NCBI GenBank assembly: GCA_963772365.1
Contig: CAVYXA010000003.1
Location: 736,001 to 800,000, forward strand
DNA length: 64,000 bases
Direction of reading: 5' to 3'
DNA from: an uncultured Verrucomicrobiae bacterium
GTDB lineage: Bacteria > Verrucomicrobiota > Verrucomicrobiia > Chthoniobacterales > UBA10450
The position numbers and the translations under genes are program-made. Shown piece after piece: positions 11,694-24,230 of the stretch. How positions within the stretch are numbered: position 1 is the stretch's first letter; the number at the start of each line of letters is the position of its first letter. A model generated the notes under the pieces. That model was not told the origin of the DNA and ran no database searches. It was given only the letters and a program-made list of their open reading frames with translations.

Positions 11694-12344
11694 TTAGTCC
11701 TTATGCCGAATCGAGCCGGCGCCGGTGATGTGCTTCTCGATCTTTGGCGGATGGCCGTGGTAATTTACCGTGCCGGCGCCGGTAATCGACACGCGCAATA
11801 ACTCACTTACGCTGATCTCGGCGTCGGCTGCTCCGGTGGTGGAAATTTCCGCCGTCCTGGCCTGCAAATGCTTTGCTCGCAAATCGCTCGCGCCGGTCAT
11901 GTCCGCCATTAATTCGCCAACGTTTCCATCCAGTGTTACATCAGAAGCGCCCGTGGCCTGGAAATAGAACTTCGCACCGGAAAGTTGCGGCACGCTCAGA
12001 TTGACCACGCCGGATATCTTTGCGCCGTCTCGAACTGGACTCGAAATAGCGACTTTAATTCGATGTGTTGGCCGGACATGTTCGCGTGTCCGCAGCCGGA
12101 GGCGATGATCGCTGATGGAACTGTCGATGTGCTGAAAAAGATTCTGATCCGTCGTAATCTTGAGTGAGGGCGGGCCGCTGTGCCATTCGATGCTGAAGGC
12201 GCCACCTGCCTGGATTTCGGAGAAATCGGCGACCGTTCTTTGATCCGTAGTGATATTGCCATTGCCACGAATGCCGAGGGCCCAGTTGCAGCCACTGAGG
12301 ACTAGGGCTATCGCGCCGAGAGCTGAGATTGTGATACGCTTCAT
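11694..12344 (-). CDS. DUF2807 / GIN-head beta-helix lipoprotein
   Basis: Lipobox LSGC; GNGNITT..R...FSEI; repeated SGA/TGA turns. Confidence 0.85.
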   Translation of the reverse strand: MKRITISALGAIALVLSGCNWALGIRGNGNITTDQRTVADFSEIQAGGAFSIEWHSGPPSLKITTDQNLFQHIDSSISDHRLRLRTREHVRPTHRIKVAISSPVRDGAKISGVVNLSVPQLSGAKFYFQATGASDVTLDGNVGELMADMTGASDLRAKHLQARTAEISTTGAADAEISVSELLRVSITGAGTVNYHGHPPKIEKHITGAGSIRHKD

Positions 12345-12430
12345 GGGAAAGTGGTAGTTCTTAAATAGGATGCGCTGAGGGGCGGTTTTGGATTCAGGAA
12401 TTTATTCGGCCGGCGCTGACATCAGGGTGG

Positions 12431-13450
12431 TTATTTGCGAATCGTCAGCTTCACAGTTTGCTCGAGGACTCCATCGACATAAAATTCGGCCCGATAATCG
12501 CCCGGAACCCAACCACCGGCGGGGCGTTCCAACGTGAACATCCCATGCGAATCCGGTGCGGCCGCCACCGCTGAGGCTTCGTCTACTTTGAAGTTAGGCG
12601 GGACTTCATCGACGCCCTCTGCGATCCAGACCACCCGGACTTTGGATTGCGGCCTCAGCCGATATCCTTTCCACCGAGCGTAGATTTTCGGAGCATCGGC
12701 GGAGATCACTGAAGCCGATTCACCTATTGCAGTATCCGCCAGATCTGCGGAAAGGTTCGGCGGAGTCCCCACCATCGACGGTCTGGGCCCGATTTTTGGC
12801 GCGCCCTTCAGTTCGAGAGTGGTGCGATCCATTAGATCGCCTTGACTCGACCGTTTCGTGGTTATCTCTTTGACGATGCCGGTCCCGGGCACGAACCAGC
12901 GATCAATCGTTGTCAGATTCGGTGATTTTTGCTCACCGTGAATGTGAAGGGCGCGAAACGTGCCGGCCGGAACATCGACATCCTCTTCGCCGACCACTAG
13001 GTAATGCTGATGCACTTTGAAGTTGTCGACCTCGCTGTCAAAGTCCCAGGTGTCGCCGGGTTGCAGGGATGCGGCAATTATCGTTTGCGGTGGATCGAAT
13101 TCGAGCGCCGTGCCGTCGAGATTGATTCGGCCCCAGCAAAGAATTCCGCGCGCGTCCACGGTAATCAGGTCCGTGTTCATCACCGCGCCGGCCCGATCCA
13201 TTTCAAAGATGAGAAGTTGTTTTCCGTCGATCTCCTTCATTCCGGCGATGCGATAGACAACGGACGAGGGCACCAGTTTGTCGGCATCGGCTTTGGCATC
13301 GGTGGGCTTCACGGTGTCGCCGATTTCATGGGTCAATTTGTAATCCCAGGTCGTTCCCTGTTTCGTGGGAATGAGCGGCGTTCCGAATGACCATCGGGTT
13401 GTCAGGAATAAAATTACAGAAACGATCAGTGGTCGGGACCCGCGCGACAC
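12431..13450 (-). CDS. Secreted hypothetical protein (N-terminal GTTWDY/VPAGTF domain, C-terminal Ig-like domain)
   Basis: GTTWDY, EDVDVPAGTF.A, WFVPGTGIVKE, then WVPGDYRAEFYVDG; start position approximate. Confidence 0.65.
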   Translation of the reverse strand: MSRGSRPLIVSVILFLTTRWSFGTPLIPTKQGTTWDYKLTHEIGDTVKPTDAKADADKLVPSSVVYRIAGMKEIDGKQLLIFEMDRAGAVMNTDLITVDARGILCWGRINLDGTALEFDPPQTIIAASLQPGDTWDFDSEVDNFKVHQHYLVVGEEDVDVPAGTFRALHIHGEQKSPNLTTIDRWFVPGTGIVKEITTKRSSQGDLMDRTTLELKGAPKIGPRPSMVGTPPNLSADLADTAIGESASVISADAPKIYARWKGYRLRPQSKVRVVWIAEGVDEVPPNFKVDEASAVAAAPDSHGMFTLERPAGGWVPGDYRAEFYVDGVLEQTVKLTIRK

Positions 13451-13496
13451 AACCGCTCTACCAATCCGCAAGATTCTGCATATTTTGCCGCCGATC

Positions 13497-15065
13497 ATGA
13501 CCTGGAAATATGACACAGCACTGTCCATCCTCGTTTTGATTTTTTTCTCGCCGGCTGCTCTTTTTGCAGCAAAACCGCAAGGAAACGGGCGGCATGTAGT
13601 CATGGTTGTGTGGGATGGAATGCGTCCTGATTTTGTAAACGAAAAGGACGCGCCGGTACTGTGGAAACTGGCAAAAGATGGCGTTGTCTTTCGCAGGCAT
13701 CATGCCGTTTATCCTTCGGCGACGGAGGTTAACGGGGTTGCGCTTGCAACCGGTCTTTATCCGGAGCACAACGGAATGATTGCCAATCACGAATATCGCC
13801 CGGCCATTGACGGTAAAAAATCAATCGACACAGAAATTCCAGAAGTCGTGCGCAAAGGCGATGAAGCTACAAACGGTGGATACATCGCCGCGACCACAAT
13901 TGCGGAGCTTGCGCGGAAAGCGGGGCGGCAAACTGCCGTGGCGGGCTCAAAGGGAATTGCGCTGCTTTTCGATCGACATCTTGATGCAACACGGGAGCAA
14001 AACGGTGCGTCGCTTTTCGCTGGTTATACTCTGCCGGAGAAGGTCCTCAATCCCATCGTCGCAACACTTGGTATCTTCCCGCGTTGGGCAGAAGTGCCCG
14101 CAGCCCCGCGGGATCATTGGACGACCCAGGCGCTAACAGATTTCCTCTGGAAGAACGGCGTCCCGGATTTCTCGCTGCTGTGGTTGGCAGAACCGGATGC
14201 CAGCGAACACGAGTTTGCGCCCGGTTCGAAAGAAAGCCTGGCTGCAATTCGGTCGGCCGACGGAAATCTCGAGCAGGTTTTGGCGGCGTTAGATCGACAT
14301 GGAGCGCGGGAGATAACGGATTTGTTCGTGGTATCCGATCATGGTTTCTCGACCATCGAGCGCTCGATTGATTTGAAAAAGATCTTGAGGAAGGTTGGTT
14401 TCGACGCGGTAACGCAATTCGTCAGCGAACCGAAACGCGGACAGGTGATGTTAGTGGGGAACGGCGGCACCGTGCTTTTTTACGTGATTCAACACGACTC
14501 CAGTGTGATCGCGCGACTAGTTGCGTTTTTGCAGCGATCGGATTTTGCCGGCGTGATTTTTACAAAGCAGCCGATCAAGGGCGCGTTCCGGTTCGCCCAG
14601 GCCATGATCAACTATGATCGTGCACCGGATGTAGAGATGGCTTTTCGATGGAATAGGTCGAAGAATCGATCCGGCGTGTCGGGAATGATAGATGCGGACT
14701 GGAATCGAGCAGCCGGGCAGGGGACGCATGCGACGCTGAGCCGGTTCGATATGCATAACACGCTGATCGCTTCGGGTCCGGATTTCCGGCGAGGCGTATC
14801 TGACGATCTTCCTACTGGAAATGTCGATGTTGCCCCGACTGTTTTGCAGATCCTCGGGATAAAGCCGTGGCACTCTCTCGACGGCAGAGTTTTGGTCGAA
14901 GTGATGACGAATGACGGCACATTGCCACCGACGCCCGAGACCGAAATCGCTGAAGCAGAGCGAAAATTTCAAACCGGTGTTTGGAAACAAACGCTGATCT
15001 TGTCGCACGTCGGAAAAACAGTTTATATTGATGAAGGGAATGGCCAATTCCACCGCGCGAAATAA
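13497..15065 (+). CDS. Alkaline phosphatase superfamily (nucleotide pyrophosphatase/phosphodiesterase) protein
   Basis: VVWDGMRPD, PSAT, EPD..EH, VVSDHG, GTHA, NVDVAPT; signal peptide from the ATG at 13497. Confidence 0.9.
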   Translation: MTWKYDTALSILVLIFFSPAALFAAKPQGNGRHVVMVVWDGMRPDFVNEKDAPVLWKLAKDGVVFRRHHAVYPSATEVNGVALATGLYPEHNGMIANHEYRPAIDGKKSIDTEIPEVVRKGDEATNGGYIAATTIAELARKAGRQTAVAGSKGIALLFDRHLDATREQNGASLFAGYTLPEKVLNPIVATLGIFPRWAEVPAAPRDHWTTQALTDFLWKNGVPDFSLLWLAEPDASEHEFAPGSKESLAAIRSADGNLEQVLAALDRHGAREITDLFVVSDHGFSTIERSIDLKKILRKVGFDAVTQFVSEPKRGQVMLVGNGGTVLFYVIQHDSSVIARLVAFLQRSDFAGVIFTKQPIKGAFRFAQAMINYDRAPDVEMAFRWNRSKNRSGVSGMIDADWNRAAGQGTHATLSRFDMHNTLIASGPDFRRGVSDDLPTGNVDVAPTVLQILGIKPWHSLDGRVLVEVMTNDGTLPPTPETEIAEAERKFQTGVWKQTLILSHVGKTVYIDEGNGQFHRAK

Positions 15066-15239
15066 ACGGCTTCGCGCATCATCAAGGCCGCTGCGCCTGA
15101 AGTAAGAGAATGTATCAGGTCCCGGATTCGGTCGTTTCGACGAAATGGGAAATTGCTCGTGTGGTCTTGTGGTGCGGGCAAGAATCATTGCCGCCGCTCG
15201 TTTGAAAACTAGAAGATAAGATCGACAGTGCACGCCGAC

Positions 15240-16382
15240 ATGCGCGCAATTCTAGCCCTGGAGGATGGAAGATTTTTCGAGGGCGAATCGTTTGGCGCAA
15301 ACGGCACCCGAGTGGGCGAAGTTTGTTTCAATACCGCGATGACCGGTTATCAGGAAGTGCTGACCGATCCATCGTATCGCGGCCAAATCGTCGCGATGAC
15401 CTATCCGCTCATCGGCAATTACGGAATCAACGCGCTCGATCAGGAAAGTCGCTCACCCCACGTGCGCGGATTTGTGATCGAGGAATTGAGCGAAACTCCG
15501 AGCAACTGGCGCTCGGAGATGTCGCTCGATGAATACTTGCGTAAATGGGATATTCCCGGTGTCCAGGGAATCGACACTCGCGCCCTGACTCGCCATCTTC
15601 GAACGCGCGGTTTGATGAAGGCATGTTTAACCACAGAAACGATTTCTCCCGAGGAAGCAACGCGCCGTGCAGTGGAAGGGGAAGGCGTCATCGGAATGGA
15701 TTACGTGCGCGAGGTTTCAACCGAAAAAGCCTACGAGTGGGATCCGCAAAACAAATTGAGTGCGCCATGGTCGATTAAGTCGCAGAACGGCGGCGAAGAA
15801 TCGAGACTCGCCCCGACTCGATTTCGAATCGTGGCTTACGATTATGGGATCAAAGAAAATATTCTGCGGCTGTTACGGCAGAAAGGATTTCACGTGACGG
15901 TGGTTCCGGCATCGACCACTGCCGAGGAAGTGCTCGCTCAGGATCCTGATGGCGTTTTTCTCTCAAACGGTCCGGGAGATCCGGCAGCACTGGGCTATGC
16001 GCACAAAGCCGTGCACGACTTGATGGGCAAGAAGCCGATCTTCGGAATCTGCCTCGGTCATCAGATCCTTGGGTTCGCTTTTGGAGGATCGACATTCAAA
16101 CTAAAATTCGGACACCATGGAGCGAACCAGCCGGTCAAGGATTTAAGCAGCGGCAAAGTCGCAATTACTGCGCAGAATCATGGATTCGCCGTCGATCCTG
16201 ACTCATTGGCGAAAGATGTGGAGATCACGCACCTCAATCTCAACGACGGGACGGTCGAAGGAATGCGGCACAAGGAATTACCGATCTTCAGTGTGCAATA
16301 TCATCCCGAAGCCGCGCCCGGCCCGCATGATGCGTCGTATTTCTTTCAGCAGTTCGCCGATTTGCTTGAAAAGGTGAAGTGA
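15240..16382 (+). CDS. carA: Carbamoyl-phosphate synthase small subunit
   Basis: [43 protein letters not shown]. Confidence 0.97.
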   Translation: MRAILALEDGRFFEGESFGANGTRVGEVCFNTAMTGYQEVLTDPSYRGQIVAMTYPLIGNYGINALDQESRSPHVRGFVIEELSETPSNWRSEMSLDEYLRKWDIPGVQGIDTRALTRHLRTRGLMKACLTTETISPEEATRRAVEGEGVIGMDYVREVSTEKAYEWDPQNKLSAPWSIKSQNGGEESRLAPTRFRIVAYDYGIKENILRLLRQKGFHVTVVPASTTAEEVLAQDPDGVFLSNGPGDPAALGYAHKAVHDLMGKKPIFGICLGHQILGFAFGGSTFKLKFGHHGANQPVKDLSSGKVAITAQNHGFAVDPDSLAKDVEITHLNLNDGTVEGMRHKELPIFSVQYHPEAAPGPHDASYFFQQFADLLEKVK

Positions 16383-16427
16383 CCGGTTGTGAATTGACCG
16401 ACTGCAAATTCTATCCGAATTTCCAGC

Positions 16428-16835
16428 ATGTTTATCTCAAACCCAAATCATCCAGGTATTTTTAAACTCGCAACGGTGGTGACAATCAGCGCGGCTCTGG
16501 CGATTGCTCCGATGGCGCTCGCTCAGGAGCATCAACATGGGACAGACGCAGCCGGTTCGAAGCAAGTGACCGGCGAAGTGGTGGACATGATGTGTTACGT
16601 CGATCACAACGCCATGGGCGCAAATCATGGGCAATCCTGTGGCGCCAAATGCATCAAAGGCGGCGGCCCGGTTGGAATCGTGAGCAGTGGCAAAGCCTAT
16701 CTCGTGGTCGGCGAACACAAACCGATGAACGACGAGTTGGCTGAGTATTGTGGCAAGACGATCACGCTACAGGGGAAGATGGTGGAGCGCGGCGGAATCG
16801 CGATGATCGAGAACGCCGAGGTCGTTAAGAAGTAA
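16428..16835 (+). CDS. Secreted Cys/His-containing hypothetical protein
   Basis: Signal peptide; GEVVDMMCY..H..CGAKCIKGGGPVG. Confidence 0.75.
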   Translation: MFISNPNHPGIFKLATVVTISAALAIAPMALAQEHQHGTDAAGSKQVTGEVVDMMCYVDHNAMGANHGQSCGAKCIKGGGPVGIVSSGKAYLVVGEHKPMNDELAEYCGKTITLQGKMVERGGIAMIENAEVVKK

Positions 16836-16917
16836 AAGGCAAATAACCGTTTCCCGATCGCAGTCGATTTCTTCGACTGCGATCTTGGCGCGGCCTGCGC
16901 TCAGGATGGCGACGCGG

Positions 16918-19900
16918 CTACTTGTAATACGCTCGCAGCGAGGGACGGAGTTTCCCGACTCGAAGTGCCGTTTCGATTTCTGAATCGGAAATCCCATTGT
17001 TGGAAAGTTTGCGAATCTCCTTTGTCTCAAGAGCTGCCAGCGCCAGGCCACCACGGAACAAAATGCGATTGGCCGTGAATGCCGGAATGCGTGGGCCGGG
17101 TGTAAGAATTCCCTGCAGGTTGAGCGGATCGGCTGCGCTGAGCGTGATCAACTGATCTTTCGCCGGCGTTTTACGGATTGAGCGCAATAAACCAATCGCT
17201 TCGGGAAGGGCGAACTGTTCGCCGCTCACACCGCCCACAAAATAACCGCCACGAATTTCGCCGCGCGCTTCCCAGCGGCGATAAATCCGTCCCAATTCAT
17301 ACCAATTCACTCCGAGACTTTCGCGTTCGAGCAAACGTCGAAACACTACGCCGTATCTCCGCAGGAGCAGGCGAGCAAACTTTTCGATGGCTTCGTCGCG
17401 GCGTCCGCTATCTTCCGTGGAGTTCCTGAGCAGCGACCAGCGCCCGGCAAATTCGATGCTTGCCAGATTAATCTTGCGCCGTCGTTTGGCCGCGTTTCGT
17501 CCGAAGGTAGGTCGTTTGTTTGATGGAACCAATAGGGCGCGCAAACCATCAAAGCTATCCGAGGTGACGTGGCCTAATGCAGCGAGTTCGCCCAGCGCTG
17601 TTTCCACTTGCGATGGAAGTAATCCTGTTCGGCGCACAAGTTCGGTAAAGAAAAGCGCGCCACCGGATGTGAGTGCATCCAATACAATTTGAGCCGAACT
17701 TGATACAGCTGTTGCTGAATCCAAGCGCGTTAGGCAAAGCCAATCTTGCAGATTTTCGCGTTGATATAGAGCGATGGGGCTGGTGCGAAGCGGCGCCGAG
17801 GCACGCCCGTTCGGATTGTGCGGCGCGCTCAGTCGTCCCCAGCCGACTCGCCCCGAAAAGCAGAGCCGATCCAGCCACTCGGGATCGTAGTCGACCACGC
17901 GAGTGCTTAACACGGCAGATTCCCATGCAGCCAAGGGCAACTCGCAACCATCGAGTTGTTCGAGAACGGATTGCAATCCATCCGGGCCTTCCGCACGATG
18001 ATCTGCATCGACACGTTGCCATGCAAACAGGAAACGGTAGAAATCCTGCGGCGAGACCGGCCGAATTTCGGCGCGCAATCTGTCGATCGTGAGCCGATGA
18101 ATCCGCGCCAGCAATCGGCGATCGCACCATTCCTGTTCTGTCGCGTTTGGATGAAACTTGCCGCGCAAAACGAAGCCTTCGGCTTCCAGTGCAAGCAAGG
18201 CGGCCTCAATGTCTGTGCCGTCCAGGTTCAATTTGCTTGCAAGATCGACAACTGTGATCGGTCCCGCGACCTCAATCCTTCCACGAACCAGCTCGCGAAC
18301 GGCATCAGAGCGTTCGCCGTTTTGTTGCGGCGCCGCCACCTCCGGTTCAAAGAACGCTTCCGGATAAATCGTTCGGAGCGCTGACGATCTCTCCGCTGCT
18401 GCCCAGAAAATCATTTTCTCAAAGCGTAATCGAATTACACGATCGGAATTCACCAAATCGATCAACAACTCGTCTGGAGCTGCGCCTTCTGTTTTGTCCT
18501 GATTTGCAGCAGTTCGCTCGATTTCTTCGCGCGTCATCACCCCGACAACCATGAGAGCATCATGCAATTCATCCGCATTTGTCGCCGTCGGCCATGCCTC
18601 CCGCTGGACCTTCTCAATCGCTGCCGCGTCCAGAATCCCAAGACCGTCGCTGCTCCGGCGGCTGCCGGACTCGGAAGCGCGACGCGTGTAAACCGCTTGA
18701 GTTCGGCGTTCTTCCAAAGGCGCGTTGTCCAGAAATGCGTATGGTCGCGCGTTTAGAATTTCAGCGGCCAGGGGAGACGGCTCAGGCAGGTCGCGAGCGA
18801 TGCAGCGAATCTCGCCATTCTCGATCTTGCGCAAAACTTCTTCGAGACCGTCGATGTCCATCGCTTCGGTCAAACAATCGTCGATGGTCTGTTTCACCAG
18901 CGGATGATCGGGAATCTCGCGATCGCCCACGATATGTTCCAAACAGGCGAGCTGATCCGGAAAAACGGCCGCGAGCAAATTCTCCGATTCCATGCGCTGC
19001 AATGGAGCGGCCAGCTTCGCGCCGCCGCGGAAACGTGGCACAGCGAGGGAGCGCGTCACGTTCCAGCGCCAGCGGATGGTGAACATCGGTGCATCCAGCA
19101 GTGCCTGAACCAGCACGTCGCGCACAGTTTTGGAATTCAGATATCGAAAAACTTCTTCGAGCGGAAACGAGTGCTGCGTGCCGAGCGAGATAACGATGGA
19201 ATCGTCAGTGGCCGCCGCTTGCAGCTCGAAATTGAAAGATCGACAAAACCGTTTTCGCAAAGCCAGCCCCCAGGCGCGATTAATTCGATTTCCGAACGGC
19301 GAATGCAAAACAAGCTGCATCCCACCCGATTCATCGAAGAACCGCTCCATCACGAGCGTCTGTTGCGTGGGAATTGCGCCGAGAGCGCGGTAGGTGTCGG
19401 AGAAGTAATCGGCAATCTGTTGCGCAGCTTCTGGCGCCAGCCCAATTTCGCGTTGAAGCCATTCGACAACACTTGCGCCTTCGCCAAGCAGATGCTCGAT
19501 CTCGATTCTGAGTTGAGAAATATCCCCAGATAATTCGGCTGTGCGCGCGGGCGCTTCGCCGAGCCAGAACGGAATTCCCGGTGGCTGACCTTTTGCATCC
19601 TCAACCCGAACGACGCCGGAATTAATTCGCAGGATTCGCCAGGAAGCATTGCCGAGCTGGAAAATGTCGCCGGCCAGACTTTCCACGGCGAAATCTTCAT
19701 TCACTGTGCCGACGAATGTTTCCGATGGTTCGACAATGACTCGATAATCAGCGTTGTCGGGAATTGCGCCTCCAGACGTGAGCGCCGTCAACCTCGCGCC
19801 GCGCCGGCCACGAATTCGATGATTGATTGCATCGTGATGAACCAAGGCGGCGCGTCGTCCTCGCTTTGTGCTAAAGCCTTCAGCCAGCATTTTCACGACG

Positions 19901-21267
19901 CTGTCAAATTCGTGGCGAGTGAGATTTCGATATGGCCAGGCAGATCGGATGAGCTCGAAAAGTTCGGTTTCATCCCGGTCCTGCGTAGAAGCAGCGGCCA
20001 CGATCTGCTGGGCCAGAACGTCGAGCGGCTTTTCCGGGATGAGTAAACGATCGAGCTCGCCGCGGCGAACCGCGCGTAGCAAAGCTGCGCATTCGACTAG
20101 CTCATCGCGGCTTAACGGAAAAATCCGACCCTTCGGCAGACCGCCGCGTTTGTGCTCAGCGCGACCAACACGCTGGAGCAACGTCGCGATCGATCGCGTC
20201 GTTCCCAGCTGACAAACAAGATCGACAGCGCCGATGTCGATTCCCAGTTCGAGCGAAGCCGTGGCCACCAGCGCTTTTAGATTCGCCGCGCTTTAGCCGG
20301 TCTTCTGCATCGAGACGCAGCTTCGCCGAAAGACTTCCGTGATGGGACGTGACCGCGTCTGTGCCGAGCAATTCGCTTAGATGCTGTGTTACGCGTTCGG
20401 CCATCCGTCGCGTGTTCACGAACACCAGCGTTGTTCTGATGCGCTTCGATCAATTCCGCGAGCCGGTGATAAACCTCCTCCCAAATTTCATTCGACATCA
20501 CTGCTTCCAGCGGTGATTTCGGGATCTCGATCGGCCAAATCCAGTTCGCGCCGGTGACCGATGTCGATGATCGCGCAATCAGGATTGCCAGTTTGCATCG
20601 ACATTGCGCGTCCCGACCAGAAATCGCGCCACTTCCTCGATTGGTTTTTGAGTCGCGGAAAGGCCGATGCGTTGAAGAGGGTGCGTCGGTTAGCGCGGCA
20701 AGCGCTCGATGCTCAAAGCGAGATGCGCGCCGCGGCGATCATCGACGACCGCGTGGATTTCATCGACGAATCAATGTCCGAACCGTGCTCAGCATTTGCC
20801 GGCCGGAATCGGAAGTGAGCAGGAGATACAAAGATTCGGGCGTGGTGACGAGAATGTGCGGCGGCATTTTTAATCAGAGCCTGGCGTTGTGCCGCCGTCG
20901 TGTCGCCGGTTCGAACTTCCGCGCGCACTTCGATGTCGCGTCCATCGATTTGCATGCAGCAGTCCACGAATTCCAGCAAGCGGTTCCTGAAGATTCTTGC
21001 GAATGTCGTTGCTCAGGGCCTTGAGCGGCGAGACGTAGACGATTTGCGTTTCGTCCGGCAATTCGCCTGCGTAGCGCCTTCCTGAAACAAAAGATCGAGC
21101 GAAGCCAGAAACGCCGCCAGCGTTTTGCCCGAACCGGTCGGCGCGGAAATCAGCACGTGGCGGCCGGATTGAATGTCTGGCCAACCGCGCATTTGCGGTT
21201 CGGTGGGCGATCCGAACGTTTGCTCGAACCAACTCGCGACCGCGGGATGAAATTGAAAGCGATGCAT
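16918..21267 (-). CDS. lhr: Lhr-like DEAD/DEAH helicase (several frameshifts in the 5' part)
   Basis: [47 protein letters not shown] spread over ORFs 21013-21267, 20870-21283, 20156-20425 and 16918-20268. Confidence 0.9.
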
Positions 21268-21308
21268 GAGAAAAATGCGACAACTAATTTACCCGCGGCT
21301 CCGCGCTT

Positions 21309-21416
21309 TGTCATGCCGAGCAGAGCGAGGAAATTCGCTATTGAAGACGGGTTCCAGAAGGAACTGTAGGTGATCAATCGCCTTTGAGAGGTCCCTCTAC
21401 ATTCGTTCGGGATGAC
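21309..21416. repeat. REP-like palindrome (TGTCAT...ATGAC)
   Basis: TGTCATGCCGAGCAGAGCGAGG ... CCCTCTACATTCGTTCGGGATGAC. Confidence 0.7.
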
Positions 21417-22128
21417 CTGAAAGTCGCAACGCCATCACTTCGCGCAGCATTTTAGGCTGTCGCGCAAAAAATGGATCTTGCTGCCTTCGGCGTGATTCCA
21501 GCGAACGGGAATCTCGAGCAGACGCAGTCCAGCCTGATGGGCGAGATAAAGCAGCTCCACATCGAAAGCGAAACCCTGGAGTGCGTGCGGCTTCCAAAAT
21601 CGGACGGCAAACATCAAGCCGAAATGCTTTGAAACCGCATTGCGTGTCCCAGAACGGAAGCCCGGTTGCGATGCGCACAAAAATTGAACACGCGGCCACC
21701 TTGCTCGCGCTCCACGGTTGATGAACTCCGATTAACCTGCGATCCAGCGCTCGCGAACCAAAGGCGATGTCGATGGTACCGGTGGCGATTGGTTCGATCA
21801 GTTTCGGAATTTCTTCCAGTGGAGTGGAGAGATCGGCATCAAAAAACAGGCCGATCGGTTTTTGGGCAGCGATTAATCCCTTCCGCACCGCCGCGCCTTT
21901 TCCGCGATTGGGAAAATTTTCGAGTAATCGCGTCGCAATCTGCGCATTGGCCAAATTTTCGCGGGCGATTGCCGATGTTTCATCAGTCGAGCCATCGTTG
22001 ACGACAATGAGCTCAGCCTCCGGCGCATTGCCGGCCAAGTAATCGACCGTCAACCGGAGGGTCTCGCCAATTCGTGCTGCTTCGTTATAACAGGGGATGA
22101 CAGCTGAAAAGGGAGCGAGCGTTGTCAT
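21397..22128 (-). CDS. GT2 glycosyltransferase, dolichyl-phosphate beta-glucosyltransferase-like (frameshifted)
   Basis: VIPCYNE, VNDGSTD, NRGKG.AV, FDADLS, DTQCGFK; GFAFDVELL lies in another frame. Confidence 0.88.
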   Translation of the reverse strand: MTTLAPFSAVIPCYNEAARIGETLRLTVDYLAGNAPEAELIVVNDGSTDETSAIARENLANAQIATRLLENFPNRGKGAAVRKGLIAAQKPIGLFFDADLSTPLEEIPKLIEPIATGTIDIAFGSRALDRRLIGVHQPWSASKVAACSIFVRIATGLPFWDTQCGFKAFRLDVCRPILEAARTPGFRFRCGAALSRPSGWTASARDSRSLESRRRQQDPFFARQPKMLREVMALRLSGHPERM

Positions 22129-22207
22129 TCCGAGCGAGGTCGATGACTCCCGTGAAGTTACCGACGGGGCATGCAACGGGATGTCTCGACTGCCGCGCGA
22201 CATGACG
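22123..22207. repeat. REP-like palindrome (TGTCAT...ATGACG)
   Basis: TGTCATTCCGAGCGAGGTCGA ... TCTCGACTGCCGCGCGACATGACG. Confidence 0.7.
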
Positions 22208-22215
22208 GCTTGTCT

Positions 22216-23167
22216 TCACTTGTAGATTTCCACTACAAACTTACCATCTGGCGCGACATAACCGCGATACATGCCGGATGTGTTGAAGGGCAGCGACACG
22301 TTTCCTTCCCGATCAATCGCAATCAATCCACCGGTGCCACCGAGTTTGGCCACTCTCTCCAGAGCCGTCCGGGCAGCTTCTTCTAATTTCATTCCCCGGT
22401 ATTCCATCAATGTCGAGACATTGTCGGCCACCACTGCCCGGATAAAATATTCACCATCGCCGGTGGCGGAGACGGCGCACGTTTCATTGTTCGCGTAGGT
22501 GCCGGCACCGACCACTGGGGAATCGCCAATGCGACCCGCCAGCTTGTTAGTCGTGCCCCCGGTGGAAGTTGCCGCAGCCAGGTTCCCATTTTTGTCCAAG
22601 CGCAACTGCGCCGACTGTTCCATGTCGATCTTCATCGGTAATGATAAATTTTTTCCCGCCGGTGCCTCCTTCTTCAGCAGCTCTGATCTTTTCCAGCGCC
22701 TTCCAACGTTCGTCTGTGTAAAAGTATTTTTGATTCGGCAAAAGAGAGATGCCGTTTTGCCTGGCGAAAGCTTCCGCGCCATCGCCGGCCATGAATACAT
22801 GCCTGGATTTTTGCATCACCAGCCGGGCGAGAGAGATCGGGTGTTTGACGTGGCGTAAATTTGTAACCGCGCCCGCGTTAAGCGTTTTCCCGTCCATGAT
22901 CGCAGCATCCAATTCGTTCGTTCCCGCGTGGGTAAACACGGCGCCTCGTCCGGCGTTAAAATGTGGATCGTCCTCGAATGTGCGGACCGCGGCCTCGACC
23001 GCATCCAGGCTGGTGCCGCCTTCCTTGAGAATTTCATATCCGGCGGAAAGCGCGCGCTCGACACCCGCGCGATAATCGCGCTCGCGCTCCGGGGTCATTT
23101 TGCTGCGCTCGATCGTCCCAGCCCCGCCATGCACGGCCAGCCCAAAATTCTGTTGATTTTGTTTCAT
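22216..23167 (-). CDS. iaaA: Isoaspartyl peptidase / L-asparaginase (frameshifted)
   Basis: AVHGGAG, FNAGRG, ELDAAIMDG, HGTVGAVA, then AATSTGG..NK..GRIGDSP, ATGDGEYF in the next frame. Confidence 0.92.
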
Positions 23168-23371
23168 AGTTGTTTCGGACTTCTCGCCGCTTGCTACGGA
23201 TGCGACATCAAGACCAACTCCGCCGCGGCCAGAAATACCAATCCAGCCTTCACGAGCCGAAGCTTAAACTGCCCGAAGCGGATGTCGAAAGTTAAACCTC
23301 GCGGATTTGCAACAAGGTTAGGGCAACTTTCTTCTTTTCCGCACAGCGAACTGGGGCAACTTCCCGTTAAC

Positions 23372-24230
23372 ATGGCGAGTTTTACTGAAGGCAAGGCGGG
23401 ATCGAGCGAGACGCTCTCGGTAAATCCGCTGTTGTACGCGCGTGACGCGTTTCAGTTTACTCGAAACTTCTTCGTCGAAATGGGAAGTCTTTTCTGGTTT
23501 ATCGTTCACACGGTAAGGGAAACAGCCGAGCGCTTGCGGGATGGACGAGTGCCATTTCGGGCGTCGAGTTTTTTTCGTTACACCGAGCGAGCCGGCGTCG
23601 ATTCGGTGCCGTTGGTCTCATTGGTCTCATTTTTTCTCGGGCTGACCATGGCGCTTATTGACGGGCTATCAGCTTCAACGTTTCGGAACGGAAAGACTTG
23701 TTCCCGGGCTAGTCTCAATCGGCTTCACGCGCGAGCTGGGGCCTCTCATTACCGGGATTATGCTGGCTGCCCGGATCGGCGCAGCTTTCACTGCCGAGCT
23801 GGGAACGATGCAGGTTTCGGAAGAAGTCGAGGCGATAGAAGCGATGGGAATCGGGCCGCTGCGGTTTTTGGTCGCGCCACGCATGCTGGCGCTTTTCTTC
23901 CTGATGCCGTGTCTCTCTACGATGTCGAGTATCGCCGCCATCTTTGCCAGCAGTCTCGTGTGTCGGGCTTATTTCAATATTGCTTTCGTCTATTTTGTCG
24001 ATCTTGTGCGGGATTCGCTGCTCATCCGTGACATCATCACCGGCGTGTTGAAGAGCTTTATCTTTGGATTCCTGATCGCCGGCATCGCTTGCTACCGTGG
24101 TTTGAGTGTGCGGGGAGGCGCCGCCGGCGTCGGGACCGCCACGACGTCGAGCGTGGTCACAGCCATCACCACCGTGATCGGTTTTGATACTCTCTACAAC
24201 ATCGTTTACATCGTTTTCTTTCCCTTGTGA
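23372..24230 (+). CDS. mlaE: MlaE-family ABC permease (frameshifted)
   Basis: RELGPLITGIMLAARIGAAFTAELGTM.V.EE..A, GGAAGVG.ATT..VV. Confidence 0.9.
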